Source of the DNA: an uncultured Solirubrobacterales bacterium | GTDB taxonomy: Bacteria; Actinomycetota; Thermoleophilia; Solirubrobacterales; Solirubrobacteraceae | Reading direction: 5' to 3' | Assembly (NCBI GenBank): GCA_963788565.1 | Contig: CAWBHJ010000014.1 | Location: 40,374 to 104,373 of the forward strand | DNA: 64,000 nucleotides | In this document: in pieces, positions 53,460-63,480 of the stretch | Layout: each line of letters starts with the position of its first letter | How positions within the stretch are numbered: position 1 is the first letter of the stretch | Translations under genes and position numbers: made by a program | Notes under the pieces: model-generated | Database searches by the model: none | The model's input: the letters and a program-made list of their open reading frames with translations, nothing else | Told to the model about the DNA's origin: nothing

Positions 53460-54418
53460 CCGACGAGGTCGGCCGGCGCCTCGAGATCCGTCCGCTCCAG
53501 GAGCGCGATCTCGACGACGCCGACCGGGTGATGCGGGTCGCGTTCGGGACCTTTCTGAAGGCCCCGCGACCCGAGCAGACGTTCGGAGACGCGGATTTCG
53601 TGCGTACCCGGTACCAGGCCGACCCCGGCGCCGCGTTCTGCGCCGTGCTCGACGGTCGCCTCGTCGGCTCGAACTTCGCGACCCGGTGGGGGAGCTTCGG
53701 CTTCTTCGGTCCGCTGACCGTCAGCCCCGAGCTGTGGGACCGCGGCGTCGCGACGCGGCTGATGGCGCCGGTGATGGAGCTGTTCGAGCGCTGGTCGGTA
53801 CGGAACGCGGGGCTGTTCACCTTCCCGGCCAGCCCGAAGCACGTCGCGCTGTACGGCAAGTTCGGGTTCTGGCCTCAGCAGCTGACGCCTTTGATGCGAG
53901 CCCAGGTCCCGGTGGCCGCCGAGCGGGCCGCGTTCGAGACGTTCGGCGCCGCGCGCTGGGAGGAGGCCGGCTCGGAGGCGCTCGCGCAGTGCCGTGAGGT
54001 GACCGACTCGATCTATAACGGCCTCGACCTCGAGCGCGAGATCCTCGCGGTCGAGGACCAGGGCCTCGGCGAGACGGTGCTGCTCCGCGAGGGCGGCCGG
54101 TTGCGCGGCTTCGCGGTCTGTCACCTGGGCGCGGGCAGCGAGGCTGGGAGCGAGGCGTGTTACGTCAAGTTCGCGGCGGTCGCGTCGGATGCCGGCGCGG
54201 CCGAAAGGTTCGAGCGGCTCGTGGCCGCCTGCGAGAGCCTCGCGGGCGAACGGGGGGCCACCGGCTTGATCGCGGGGGTGAACGCCGCCCGCCGCGGCGC
54301 CTATCGCGCGTTGCTCGGTCGCGGGTACCGCGCGACGATCAACGGGCTCGCGATGCTCCGCCCCGACGACCCCGCCTACAACCGACCCGACGCGTATGTG
54401 ATCGACGACCTTCGGTGA
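53456..54418 (+). CDS. GNAT family N-acetyltransferase (two-domain, ~320 aa)
   Basis: The GTG overlaps the upstream stop. LTVSPELWDRGVATRLM and YGKFGF are present. Confidence 0.72.
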   Translation: MTDEVGRRLEIRPLQERDLDDADRVMRVAFGTFLKAPRPEQTFGDADFVRTRYQADPGAAFCAVLDGRLVGSNFATRWGSFGFFGPLTVSPELWDRGVATRLMAPVMELFERWSVRNAGLFTFPASPKHVALYGKFGFWPQQLTPLMRAQVPVAAERAAFETFGAARWEEAGSEALAQCREVTDSIYNGLDLEREILAVEDQGLGETVLLREGGRLRGFAVCHLGAGSEAGSEACYVKFAAVASDAGAAERFERLVAACESLAGERGATGLIAGVNAARRGAYRALLGRGYRATINGLAMLRPDDPAYNRPDAYVIDDLR

Positions 54419-54433
54419 GCGGCTATACTAATG

Positions 54434-54445
54434 CTTGCCAGCAAG
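54434..54445. promoter_or_regulatory. Candidate MarR operator palindrome CTTGC-CA-GCAAG
   Basis: A perfect 5+2+5 palindrome overlaps the putative start of the second MarR gene. TATACT (54424-54429) lies just upstream. Confidence 0.3.
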
Positions 54446-54941
54446 CAAGTATTCACGACAGAAGCAGGCAAGGCTCACCATCGCGACCACGGCTCCAACG
54501 CTCGACATCGAAACGGCGACGCGGCTGCGCACCGCGATCGGGAAGCTGTCGCGCCGGCTGCGCACGACCGCCTCCGGCCGCGCCGCCGGGCTGACGCCGA
54601 CCGGGACCTCGATCCTGCTCAACGTCGACCGGCACGGATCGATGCGGCTGTCGGAGCTGGCGGCGTCCGAGGGTGTCAATCCGACGATGCTCTCGCGCGT
54701 GGTCGCGGGGATGCTCCGCGACGGGTTCCTCGAACGGTCCAACGACGCGGGAGACCGCCGGGCAGCGTGGGTAGCGGTGACCGCGGCCGGGCATCGGCTC
54801 GCCGAGCGGATGCGCCGCGAGCGGACCGAGGCCGTCAACGACGCGATGGGCGGCCTCAGCGCCGCTGAGTCGCGCGTGATCGAGGCCGCGCTGCCGGCGC
54901 TCGAATCGCTCGCCGAGCAGCTGAGGGAGCGGCGTCCGTGA
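54435..54941 (+). CDS. MarR family transcriptional regulator (start uncertain; the only in-frame candidate is a TTG)
   Basis: LTPTGTSILLNVDRHGSMRLSELAASEGVNPTMLSRVVAGMLRDGFLERS..DRR. Confidence 0.78.
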   Translation: MPASKYSRQKQARLTIATTAPTLDIETATRLRTAIGKLSRRLRTTASGRAAGLTPTGTSILLNVDRHGSMRLSELAASEGVNPTMLSRVVAGMLRDGFLERSNDAGDRRAAWVAVTAAGHRLAERMRRERTEAVNDAMGGLSAAESRVIEAALPALESLAEQLRERRP

Positions 54942-54972
54942 CGCGCGTGATGCGCGCAGCTGGACGACTCCG

Positions 54973-56247
54973 GTGCCGCGCATGATGCGAGCCTGGATGG
55001 CGAGCGCGCGGCAAACCGGAGGCACAACCTTCGCCGCTCTATCCGTACCGAATTTCCGCCGCTACTACGGCGGCCAGTCGATCTCGTTGATCGGCACCTG
55101 GATGCAGATGACCGCCCAGGCGTGGCTCGTGCTGACGCTCACGCACTCGAGCGCCGCGCTCGGCGGGATCGTCGCGTTGCAGACGCTGCCGGTGCTGCTG
55201 CTCGCCCCGTACGGCGGCGTGATCGCCGACCGCGTCGACAAGCGCAAGCTGATGATCGGTCTGCAGACGCTGATGGGACTCCAGGCGCTCGCGCTCGGCG
55301 TGCTGACCGTCACCGGCGAGGTCCAGGTCTGGCAAATCGGCGTGCTCGCCGCGATCCTCGGAGTCAACAACGCGTTCGAGAACCCCTCGCGCCAGTCGTT
55401 CATGCTCGAGATGGTCGGGCCCGAGCATCTCCGCAACGCGGTCAGCCTCAACTCCGTGCTCGTCAACGTCGCGCGCATGATCGGCCCTGCGGTCGCCGGA
55501 ATCCTGATCGCCACCGTCGGCGAGGGCGAGTGCTTTCTGGTCAACGCCGCCAGCTTCGTGTTCGTCGTCGGATCGCTGGCGACGATGGACGTGCGGGCGC
55601 TGAAGCCGAGCAAGCCGGCTGCGCGAGCGCGGGGGCAGCTGCGCGAAGGCCTTCGCTACGTCCGCTCCAAGCGCGAGCTGCTGATCCCGCTGGTGATGAT
55701 GGGCATCGTCGGGTGTCTCACCTACGAGTTCCAGGTGTCGCTCCCGGTGATGGCGAGCCAGGGCCTTCATGCGGGCCCGGCAGGCTTCGGCTTCATGACC
55801 GCCGCGATGGGCGTCGGCGCGGTGATCGGGGGGCTGTTCGTCGCGCATCGCGGCAAGACCGGGATCCGGCCGCTGACGATGGCGGCGGCGGCGTTCGGCG
55901 TGATGGTCGCGCTCGCGGCGCTGGCGCCGAGTCTCCCCGTCGAGCTGGTCGCGCTGGCGCTTGTCGGCGGCGCGAGCATCTCGTTCATGGCGACCGGCAA
56001 CTCGACGCTGCAGCTCCAGGCCGACCCGTCGATGCGCGGCAGAGTGATGTCGCTGTGGTTCGTCGCCTTCCAGGGCTCGACCCCGATCGGCGGCCCGATC
56101 GTCGGCTGGACGATGGCGATGCTGGGCGCCCGCGCAGGCCTCGGGCTGGGCGCGGTCGCCGCGCTCGCGGTCGCCGTCGTGGGCCTGTTCGCGCTTCAGC
56201 CGAGGCGCGAGCGACGCCCACTTCACACGCCCTTGCTCGAGGAGTAA
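54973..56247 (+). CDS. MFS transporter (EntS/MFS_3-like)
   Basis: NFRRYYGGQSISLIGTWMQ..AQAWLVL is present, with ~12 TM segments. Alternative ATG starts lie at 54982-54987. Confidence 0.85.
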   Translation: MPRMMRAWMASARQTGGTTFAALSVPNFRRYYGGQSISLIGTWMQMTAQAWLVLTLTHSSAALGGIVALQTLPVLLLAPYGGVIADRVDKRKLMIGLQTLMGLQALALGVLTVTGEVQVWQIGVLAAILGVNNAFENPSRQSFMLEMVGPEHLRNAVSLNSVLVNVARMIGPAVAGILIATVGEGECFLVNAASFVFVVGSLATMDVRALKPSKPAARARGQLREGLRYVRSKRELLIPLVMMGIVGCLTYEFQVSLPVMASQGLHAGPAGFGFMTAAMGVGAVIGGLFVAHRGKTGIRPLTMAAAAFGVMVALAALAPSLPVELVALALVGGASISFMATGNSTLQLQADPSMRGRVMSLWFVAFQGSTPIGGPIVGWTMAMLGARAGLGLGAVAALAVAVVGLFALQPRRERRPLHTPLLEE

Positions 56248-56304
56248 GGTCGCGCCTAAGGGCCTGGCGAGGACCGACCTGCCCGCGACCTTGGAGGGAG
56301 ACGA

Positions 56305-56799
56305 ATGAGCACGATCCCGGTGCGCCTTCGCGTCAATGGCGTAGACCACGAACTCGAGGCGGAGCCGCGGCTGCTGCTCGTGCACGCACTGCGTGACGAG
56401 CTGGGGCTGACGGGCACACATGTCGGATGCGACACGTCCAACTGCGGCGCTTGCACAGTTCATCTGGACGGCAAGCCGGTGAAGTCGTGCACGGTGCTAG
56501 CCGTGCAGGCGGAGGACGTGGAGATCACGACGATCGAGGGGATGGCGGGTTCGAACGGCGAGCTCCACCCGATCCAGGAGGCGTTCTGGAACGACCACGG
56601 ACTGCAGTGCGGCTACTGCACGCCGGGGATGATCATGGCCGCCGCGGGGCTGCTGGCGGAGAATCCGAACCCGACAGAGGATGAGGTTCGGCACGGCCTC
56701 GAGGGCAACCTGTGCCGGTGCACCGGCTACCACAACATCGTCAAGGCGGTGCTCGACGCGGCCAAGGTCAAGGGCCCGACCGTGGGGGTTGAGTCATGA
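56305..56799 (+). CDS. coxS: (2Fe-2S)-binding small subunit of a xanthine dehydrogenase-family molybdenum hydroxylase (CoxS-like)
   Basis: [27 protein letters not shown]. Confidence 0.9.
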   Translation: MSTIPVRLRVNGVDHELEAEPRLLLVHALRDELGLTGTHVGCDTSNCGACTVHLDGKPVKSCTVLAVQAEDVEITTIEGMAGSNGELHPIQEAFWNDHGLQCGYCTPGMIMAAAGLLAENPNPTEDEVRHGLEGNLCRCTGYHNIVKAVLDAAKVKGPTVGVES

Positions 56800-59231
56800 G
56801 CGAGGACATCGGTGAAGGCGGCGTAGCGTCGGAGATCTCCGAGATCGCAGCCGAACAGGGCGAGGCGCACGGCGCGCCATCCCCGTCGAATCACGTCGGC
56901 CAGGCGCTCCGCCGCAAGGAGGACCCGCGGCTGATCACCGGTCGCGGCCGGTACGTCGATGACATCACGCTGCCGGGAACCCTGTGGGCGGCCCTCGTCC
57001 GCTCGCCCGAGGCGCACGCGAAGATCGTCTCGATCGACGCCTCGGCGGCCAACGACGGACCGGGAGTGCACGCCGTCTTCACCGGTGACGATCTCGATGA
57101 CCTCGCCGGGCCGCTGCCGATGGCGTGGGTCCCCCCGGGGGTCGAGGTCAACAACCCGCCGCACTGGCCGCTCGCGCGTGGGACCGTCAACCACGTCGGG
57201 GATCCGGTCGCGGTCGTCCTCGGCGAGGACCGCTACGCCGTCGTCGACGCCGCCGAGAAGGTCGTCGTCGAGTACGACCCGCTGCCCGCCATCACCGATC
57301 CTGAGAAGGCGCTCGAGGGCGCGCCGTTCGTGCACGAGGAGCTTGGCACCAACAAGGTGCACGAGTGGTCGCTGCCCGGCGGCGACATCGAGGCAGGGTT
57401 CGCGGAGGCCGACGTGATCGTTGAGCGGCGGGTCGTCAACCACCGCACCGCGGGAGCGCCGATCGAGCCGCGCGGGGTGCTCGCTGACTACCGCGCCGGC
57501 GAGCTGACGCTGTGGACCGCGACGCAGGTACCCCACTTCGTCCGGCTGTTCCTGTCGATCCTGCTCGGGATCAGCGAGGAGAAGGTGCGAGTCATCGCGC
57601 CAGAAGTAGGTGGCGGCTTCGGCTCGAAGCTCCAGGTGTACGGCGAGGAGGTACTCGCCTGCTGGTGCTCGCGCAAGCTCGAGCGGCCGGTCAAGTGGAT
57701 CGAGACGCGGACCGAGAACATGGCGACCGCCCACCAGGGCCGCGACCAGATCGCGACGGTGCGGATGGGCGCCAAGCGCGACGGCAAGATCACCGCCTGG
57801 CACGTCAAGATCCTCGCCGACTTCGGCGCCTACAACATGCTGCTGACGCCGCTGATCCCGTCGCTCGGAGCGTTCGTGATGGGCGGCTGCTACGCGATCC
57901 CGAACGTCCAGACCGACATCGTCGGGGTATTCACGAACAAGTGCCCGACCGACGCGATCCGGGGGGCGGGCCGGCCGGAAGCGACGCACATGGTCGAGGT
58001 CACGCTCGACCAGCTCGCGGCCGAGCTGGAACTGTCTCCAATCGAGATCCGCCGCCGGAACTTCATCCCGACCGACGCCTTCCCCGCGGCGGTCGCGACC
58101 GGCGTGGTGTACGACTCGGGGGACTACGAGAAGACGCTCGACAGATTGCTCGAGCACGTCGACGTGGACGCGTTCCGATCACAGCAGGAGGCGCTCCGGT
58201 CCGAGGGTGTCTACCGCGGGATCGGGTTCTCGACGTACACCGAGATCTGCGGGCTCGCGCCGTCGCGGATCACCGGCCCGGGCGGGGTGGGCGTACAGGC
58301 CGGCGGCTGGGAGTCGGCATTGGTCCGCGTCCACAACACGGGCGCCGTGACCGCGTACACCGGCACATCCGGCCACGGCCAGGGCCACGAGACGGCGTTC
58401 GCACAGATCGTCGCCGACAGGGTCGGCGTCGACCCCGAGATCGTCGAGGTGATCCACGGCGACACGGGCACCGGCCCTGAGGGCCGCAACACGTACGGCT
58501 CGCGGTCGCTCGCGGTCGGCGGCGAGGCGCTCGCGCGGTGCGCGAACCGGATCGCGGACAAGGCCAAGGCGGTCGTCGCCCACAACCTCGAGGCGGCGCC
58601 CGAGGACATCGAGCTCGCCGACGGCAAGTTCTCGGTGCGCGGCTCGCCCGACAAGGGCATGACGCTCGCCGAGGTCGCCGGCGCCGCGTACCTGAACATG
58701 GTGCCCGAGGGGATGGACCCCGGGCTCGAGGAGACGACGTTCCACGATCCGGACAACTTCGTGTTCCCGTTCGGAGCGCACGCGTGCGTCGTCGACGTCG
58801 ACCCGGAGACGGGCAAGGCGAGCGTCGTCAGGTACGTCGCGGTCGACGACTGCGGCAACGCGGTCAACCCGCTGATCATCGACGGACAGGTGCACGGCGG
58901 CGTTGTCCACGCGATCGGGCAGGCCCTGTACGAGCGGGTCGCCTACGACGAGGACGGCCAGCTCGTCACCGGGACGTTCGTCGACTACGCGCTGCCGACG
59001 GCGGCGGAGCTCCCGAGCTTCGAGACCGACCGCACGGTGACGCCCTCGCCGGTCAACTCGCTCGGCGTGAAGGGCGTCGGCGAGGCCGGGACGATCGCCG
59101 CCAGCGCGGCGGTCACCAACGCAGTGATCGACGCGCTCAGGCCGCTCGGCGTCAACTACATGAACATGCCACTGACCCCGATGCGGGTGTGGGAACAGAT
59201 CCAGTCAGCGAACAGGGGGGTGCCCGCATGA
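56796..59231 (+). CDS. coxL: Molybdopterin-binding large subunit (CoxL-like, form-II-type active-site loop)
   Basis: The N-terminus is typical (GRGRYVDDI). The active-site loop [11 protein letters not shown] resembles the form II AYRGAGR motif, not the form I AYxCSFR motif. GVKGVGEAG is also present. Confidence 0.88.
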   Translation: MSEDIGEGGVASEISEIAAEQGEAHGAPSPSNHVGQALRRKEDPRLITGRGRYVDDITLPGTLWAALVRSPEAHAKIVSIDASAANDGPGVHAVFTGDDLDDLAGPLPMAWVPPGVEVNNPPHWPLARGTVNHVGDPVAVVLGEDRYAVVDAAEKVVVEYDPLPAITDPEKALEGAPFVHEELGTNKVHEWSLPGGDIEAGFAEADVIVERRVVNHRTAGAPIEPRGVLADYRAGELTLWTATQVPHFVRLFLSILLGISEEKVRVIAPEVGGGFGSKLQVYGEEVLACWCSRKLERPVKWIETRTENMATAHQGRDQIATVRMGAKRDGKITAWHVKILADFGAYNMLLTPLIPSLGAFVMGGCYAIPNVQTDIVGVFTNKCPTDAIRGAGRPEATHMVEVTLDQLAAELELSPIEIRRRNFIPTDAFPAAVATGVVYDSGDYEKTLDRLLEHVDVDAFRSQQEALRSEGVYRGIGFSTYTEICGLAPSRITGPGGVGVQAGGWESALVRVHNTGAVTAYTGTSGHGQGHETAFAQIVADRVGVDPEIVEVIHGDTGTGPEGRNTYGSRSLAVGGEALARCANRIADKAKAVVAHNLEAAPEDIELADGKFSVRGSPDKGMTLAEVAGAAYLNMVPEGMDPGLEETTFHDPDNFVFPFGAHACVVDVDPETGKASVVRYVAVDDCGNAVNPLIIDGQVHGGVVHAIGQALYERVAYDEDGQLVTGTFVDYALPTAAELPSFETDRTVTPSPVNSLGVKGVGEAGTIAASAAVTNAVIDALRPLGVNYMNMPLTPMRVWEQIQSANRGVPA

Positions 59232-60073
59232 TTCCGGCCGAGTTCGACTACGTCGCCCCGGACACGCTCGACGACGCGCTCGCCGCTTTGAAGGGTGGCG
59301 GCGAGGACGCGAAGCTGCTGGCAGGCGGTCACTCGCTGCTGCCGCTGATGAAGCTGCGGCTCGCCGCCCCGACGCTGCTCGTCGACCTGCGGAAGGTGCC
59401 GGGGCTGGATGGGATCAGTCGCGACAACGGTGGCTGGCGGATCGGCGCGATGACCCGCCACGCGGACCTCGAGCACGCGCCCGAGCTCGGGGTGCTGTCG
59501 GCGGCGGCGGGGACGATCGCCGACCCCCAGGTGCGCAACCGCGGCACGATCGGCGGCTCGCTCGCCCACGGCGATCCCGCCTCCGACCTGCCCGCCGTGC
59601 TGCTGATCGCTGATGGCTCGGTGACGGTGCGGGGACCAGGCGGCGAGCGCTCGATCGCCGCCGCCGACCTGTTCCAGGACTACCTCGAGACGGCGGTCGG
59701 CGCCGACGAGGTGATCACGTCGGTGCAGACCATCGGGTTGGACGAATACGGCTTCGGCTACCAGAAGTTCAACCGCCGCAGCGAGGACTGGGCGATGGTC
59801 GGAATCGCCGCGGTCGTCAAGCGCGTCGACAACGTGATCGAGGACGTCCGCGTCGGGCTGACGAACATGGGCAACGTGCCGCTGCGCGCAACCGCGGTCG
59901 AGGAGGCGCTGCGCGGACAGCCGCCGACTCCGGAGGCGATCGCCGCGGCCGCCGAGAACGCCGCCGAGGGCACAGACCCGCCGGCCGACCTCAACGCGAG
60001 CGCCGAGTACAAGCGCCACCTGGCGCGGGTGCTGACGCGACGGGCGCTTACGGACGCCGCCGGGTTGTCATGA
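59228..60073 (+). CDS. coxM: FAD-binding medium subunit (CoxM-like)
   Basis: ATGA overlap with coxL. LLAGGHSLLPLMKLR and TIGGSLAHGDPASD are present. Confidence 0.88.
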   Translation: MIPAEFDYVAPDTLDDALAALKGGGEDAKLLAGGHSLLPLMKLRLAAPTLLVDLRKVPGLDGISRDNGGWRIGAMTRHADLEHAPELGVLSAAAGTIADPQVRNRGTIGGSLAHGDPASDLPAVLLIADGSVTVRGPGGERSIAAADLFQDYLETAVGADEVITSVQTIGLDEYGFGYQKFNRRSEDWAMVGIAAVVKRVDNVIEDVRVGLTNMGNVPLRATAVEEALRGQPPTPEAIAAAAENAAEGTDPPADLNASAEYKRHLARVLTRRALTDAAGLS

Positions 60074-60080
60074 TTAGTGC

Positions 60081-60935
60081 GTGAGCGCACAACAGTCGTT
60101 CGAGTCGGTCGATGCGACGGCTGACGCGCTCGCGGCCGTCGATTACCTGACCGACAGGCCGCTCGCGCTCGCCGTTCACCTCGCGGTGCTGCTCGAGCAG
60201 CCGCTGCTGCTCGAGGGCGAGGCGGGGGTGGGGAAGACCGAGGTCGCCCGCGCGCTCGCCGAGGCCACCGGCTCGCGGCTGATCCGGCTGCAGTGCCACG
60301 AAGGGATCGACCTCCACCATGCGGTCTATGACTGGGATTACGCGCGGCAGCTGCTCGCGCTGCGCGCAGCGGAGGGAGGGGTGGACGAGGGCGAGCTGTT
60401 CTCGCCGCGATTCCTGCTGCGCCGGCCGCTGCTCGACGCGCTCGAGAGCGAGGAGCCAGTGGTGCTCCTGATCGACGAGGTCGACCGCTCCGACGACGAG
60501 TTCGAGGCGTTCCTGCTCGAGTTCCTGTCGGATTTCGCGGTGACGATCCCGGAATTCGGGACCGTCACCGCGGATCGACGCCCCGTGGTCGTGCTGACCT
60601 CTAACCGCACGCGCGAGCTGCACGACGCCTTGAAGCGGCGCTGCCTGTATCACTGGATCGATTATCCGTCGGCCTCGCGGGAGCGGGAGATCGTCCGTGC
60701 CCGGATCCCCGGCGTGCCCGAGGCGATCGCCGAGCGGGTCGTGCGGGCGGTAGGCCGGCTGCGCGAGCAGGGAGATCTGTACAAGCTGCCGGGCGTCGGC
60801 GAGACGCTCGTGTGGGCCCAGGCGTTGGTGGCGGTCGGCGACGACGCCTCGCTCGACGAGACGCTGGGCGCCGCGCTGAAGGTCCACGAGGATCTGCTCA
60901 GGGTCCGGGAGCGGGAGGTACTAGAGGGTGTCTGA
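60081..60935 (+). CDS. coxD: MoxR-type AAA+ ATPase (CoxD-like)
   Basis: Walker A is LEGEAGVGKT and Walker B is VLLIDEVDR. Sensor regions are present. Confidence 0.88.
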   Translation: MSAQQSFESVDATADALAAVDYLTDRPLALAVHLAVLLEQPLLLEGEAGVGKTEVARALAEATGSRLIRLQCHEGIDLHHAVYDWDYARQLLALRAAEGGVDEGELFSPRFLLRRPLLDALESEEPVVLLIDEVDRSDDEFEAFLLEFLSDFAVTIPEFGTVTADRRPVVVLTSNRTRELHDALKRRCLYHWIDYPSASREREIVRARIPGVPEAIAERVVRAVGRLREQGDLYKLPGVGETLVWAQALVAVGDDASLDETLGAALKVHEDLLRVREREVLEGV

Positions 60936-62067
60936 CGGCGCGTCCGTGGTCGTCGACCGGCTGAGCGCACTGGCGGCGGCGCATCGGGCGCAGGGCTCGC
61001 GGGTCGGAGTGGGGGAGCTGCTGACCGCGCACCGAGCGCTCGCCGCGATCGACCCGAGCTCGCGGGAGGACTCGCGGCTCGCGCTCCGCGCGGTGCTCTG
61101 CTCCTCGCGGGGGGACCTCGAGCGGTTCGACCGCGCCTTCGCCGCTGTGTTCGGCGATGCACGGGCGCCCGCTGGGCAGCCTTCGTTGGAGGAGCTCGGG
61201 ACGATCGAGCGCGCGGCGCTGCCGAGCGCCGCGATCCCCGGGAGCGCACCGCCGCCGCCCGACCCGGCGGACGAGGAGTCCGTCGCGGTGCCGGCGGCGT
61301 GGAGCGACGTCGAGCTGCTCCGTCTGCGCCATAAGGACTTCGCCCAGTACAACGACGCCGAGATGGTCGCCGCGCGCGAGCTGATCGCGCGGCTCGCGCG
61401 GCGCGGCCCGACGCGGATCTCGCGCCGGACCCGACCGGTCCGGCGGCGCAGCCACGCGCCCGACGTCCGTCGCGTGATCGCGTCGTCGCTTCGGACCGGC
61501 GGCGAGCCGCTCCACCGTCACTGGCGCGCGCCGAGCCTCCGACCGCGGCCGGTGGTGCTCGTCTGCGACGTGTCGGGGTCGATGACTCCGTACGCGCGGA
61601 TGCTGCTCCAGTACCTGCACGCGTCGGTCGCGGCGCGCCGGCGGGTCGAGGCGTTCGCGTTCGGCACGCGGCTGACGCGGATCACGAACGAGCTGTCCGG
61701 GCGCGACCACGACCTCGCCCTCGAGCGCGCGGCGGCGGTCGTCACGGACTTCTCCGGCGGCACCCGGATCGGAGCTGCGCTGGCCGAGCTCAACCGCGCT
61801 CACGGCCGGCGGATCGGTCGCGGCGCGGTCGTCGTCGTCCTGTCCGACGGATGGGATCGCGGCGAGCCGGAGGTGCTCGACGCGGAGATGGCCCGGCTGC
61901 GGCGGAGCGCCCACCGTCTGGTGTGGCTGAACCCGCTCGCGGCACACCCGGACTTCGAACCACTGGCTCGGGGCATGCGCGCCGCGGTACCCCACACCGA
62001 CGAGCTGCTCGCGGGGAACTCGCTCGAGTCGCTCGAAGAGCTCGCCGCGATCCTGGAGGAGATCTGA
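60928..62067 (+). CDS. coxE: VWA domain protein (CoxE-like)
   Basis: The MIDAS motif is VVLVCDVSGSM. VVVLSDGWDRG is also present. Confidence 0.85.
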   Translation: MSDGASVVVDRLSALAAAHRAQGSRVGVGELLTAHRALAAIDPSSREDSRLALRAVLCSSRGDLERFDRAFAAVFGDARAPAGQPSLEELGTIERAALPSAAIPGSAPPPPDPADEESVAVPAAWSDVELLRLRHKDFAQYNDAEMVAARELIARLARRGPTRISRRTRPVRRRSHAPDVRRVIASSLRTGGEPLHRHWRAPSLRPRPVVLVCDVSGSMTPYARMLLQYLHASVAARRRVEAFAFGTRLTRITNELSGRDHDLALERAAAVVTDFSGGTRIGAALAELNRAHGRRIGRGAVVVVLSDGWDRGEPEVLDAEMARLRRSAHRLVWLNPLAAHPDFEPLARGMRAAVPHTDELLAGNSLESLEELAAILEEI

Positions 62068-62639
62068 TGATCGGCGGGCTGATCCTCGCCGCGGGGGACG
62101 GCAGCCGCTTCGGCCCCGACTCGAAGCTGCTCGCCTCGCTCGAGGGACGGCCATTGCTCGAATGGGCCGTCGAGGCGCAGTGTGCGGTTCCCGCGGTGGA
62201 GCGGGTCGTGGTCGTGCTGGGCGCGAACGCTGCGGAGATCATCGAGCAGGTCGACTTCCGAGATGCCGAGCCGGTGGTCTGCGAGGAGTGGCATCGCGGC
62301 CAGTCCGCGTCGCTGCGGCGGGGGGTCGCTGAGCTGCACGGTGCCGACAAGGTGATCGTCACCCTCGGCGATGCGCCGCTGATCACGCCACAGGTGATCG
62401 CGCGGTTCGTCGACGAGCCGGCTCCGGCGCGCGCCGTCTACAGCGGCCGCCCCGGCCATCCGGTTGCGCTCGGGCCCGCGGAGCTGGCGGCGATCGCCGG
62501 AGTCAGCGGTGACCGCGGCGCCCGCGACCTCCTCGAGGGCGCCCGCATGATCGAATGTGGCCACCTGTGCTCCTGCCGCGATGTCGACACACCCCGAGAT
62601 CTGGAGGCGATCCGCCGTGAAGCTAGAGCAGTCCTTTGA
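62067..62639 (+). CDS. mocA: Molybdenum cofactor cytidylyltransferase-like nucleotidyltransferase
   Basis: MIGGLILAAGDGSRFG..K and TLGDAPLI are present. The ATG overlaps the coxE TGA. Confidence 0.8.
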   Translation: MIGGLILAAGDGSRFGPDSKLLASLEGRPLLEWAVEAQCAVPAVERVVVVLGANAAEIIEQVDFRDAEPVVCEEWHRGQSASLRRGVAELHGADKVIVTLGDAPLITPQVIARFVDEPAPARAVYSGRPGHPVALGPAELAAIAGVSGDRGARDLLEGARMIECGHLCSCRDVDTPRDLEAIRREARAVL

Positions 62640-63480
62640 CGTCAGCGCACCCGTCGACCGGGTGTGGCAAGCGCTGATCGACGTCGAGCAGGTCGCGCCG
62701 TGCCTGCCCGGCGCCGCCGTGACCGGCCGCAACGACGACGGCAGCTACAACGGCACCTTCACGGTCAAGATCGGTCCGACGACTGCTTCGTACAGCGGCA
62801 AGCTCGAGATGCGCGACGTCGACGAGTCCTCGCACAGGGCGACGCTGCAGGCTCAGGGGACCGACAAGCGCGGTCAGGGCGGTGCCAACGCGACGATCGT
62901 CTCCTCGGTCATCGAGGCCGGCGACGGCGAGAGCCGCGTCACGGTCGCGACCGACTACCACATCACCGGCCGCCTGGCGCGGTTCGGACGTGGCGGCATG
63001 ATCGAGGACATCTCCGAGCGCCTGCTGAAGGAGTTCGCCGCGCGGCTGCAGTCGTCGCTCGGGGGTGCGGGCGCGGGGGATGGAGACGGAGGCGCCGAGG
63101 CCGCGGTGGCCGACGCCGCCGCCGCGGAGGCGGTCGCCGCGGAGGACGGGGCCGCAGCGGAGGACGTCCCGGCGCCGCTGACGGAGGTGCCGCCTCCGAC
63201 CGACGCTCCGGAGCCCGACGGGGACGGGGCGCCGGCGCCGGCCGCGGAGGCCGGGCCGCCGCCGCCGGGACCCGGACCCGCCGCCGCGCCGCCGCCGCCG
63301 CCTCCGCCCCCGCCTCCGAACGAGCCGCTCCGGGCCGACGCGGTCGTCGGGTCGATGGTGCTCGAGCGGATCCGAGCGAACCCGTGGCCGCTGATCGGAG
63401 CCGCCGTGGTGCTGATCCTGCTCCGTCGCCGGCGCCGCCGGAGGCGCGCGCGCAAGGCGGCAGCCGCGATCGAGCTATGA
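62617..63480 (+). CDS. coxG: SRPBCC-fold CoxG-like protein with an Ala/Pro-rich linker and a C-terminal TM anchor
   Basis: The GTG at 62617 is preceded by GGAGG. The CoxG core is FDVSAPVDRVWQALIDVEQVAPCLPGA...GRLARFGRGGMIEDISERLLKEF. The tail has PPPPPPPPPP, then WPLIGAAVVLILL, then RRRRRRRR. Confidence 0.8.
   Translation: MKLEQSFDVSAPVDRVWQALIDVEQVAPCLPGAAVTGRNDDGSYNGTFTVKIGPTTASYSGKLEMRDVDESSHRATLQAQGTDKRGQGGANATIVSSVIEAGDGESRVTVATDYHITGRLARFGRGGMIEDISERLLKEFAARLQSSLGGAGAGDGDGGAEAAVADAAAAEAVAAEDGAAAEDVPAPLTEVPPPTDAPEPDGDGAPAPAAEAGPPPPGPGPAAAPPPPPPPPPPNEPLRADAVVGSMVLERIRANPWPLIGAAVVLILLRRRRRRRRARKAAAAIEL

Noticed and set aside
56796-59231. Annotation as an authentic aerobic CO dehydrogenase large subunit
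   Set aside because: The active-site loop reads DAIRGAGR rather than the form I AYxCSFR motif, and the gene order is S-L-M rather than M-S-L.
60081-62067. MoxR ATPase plus VWA protein as a stand-alone system, for example defence-related
   Set aside because: The pair is embedded with overlapping stop and start codons between coxM-like and mocA/coxG-like genes, which matches the known CoxD/CoxE maturation pair.
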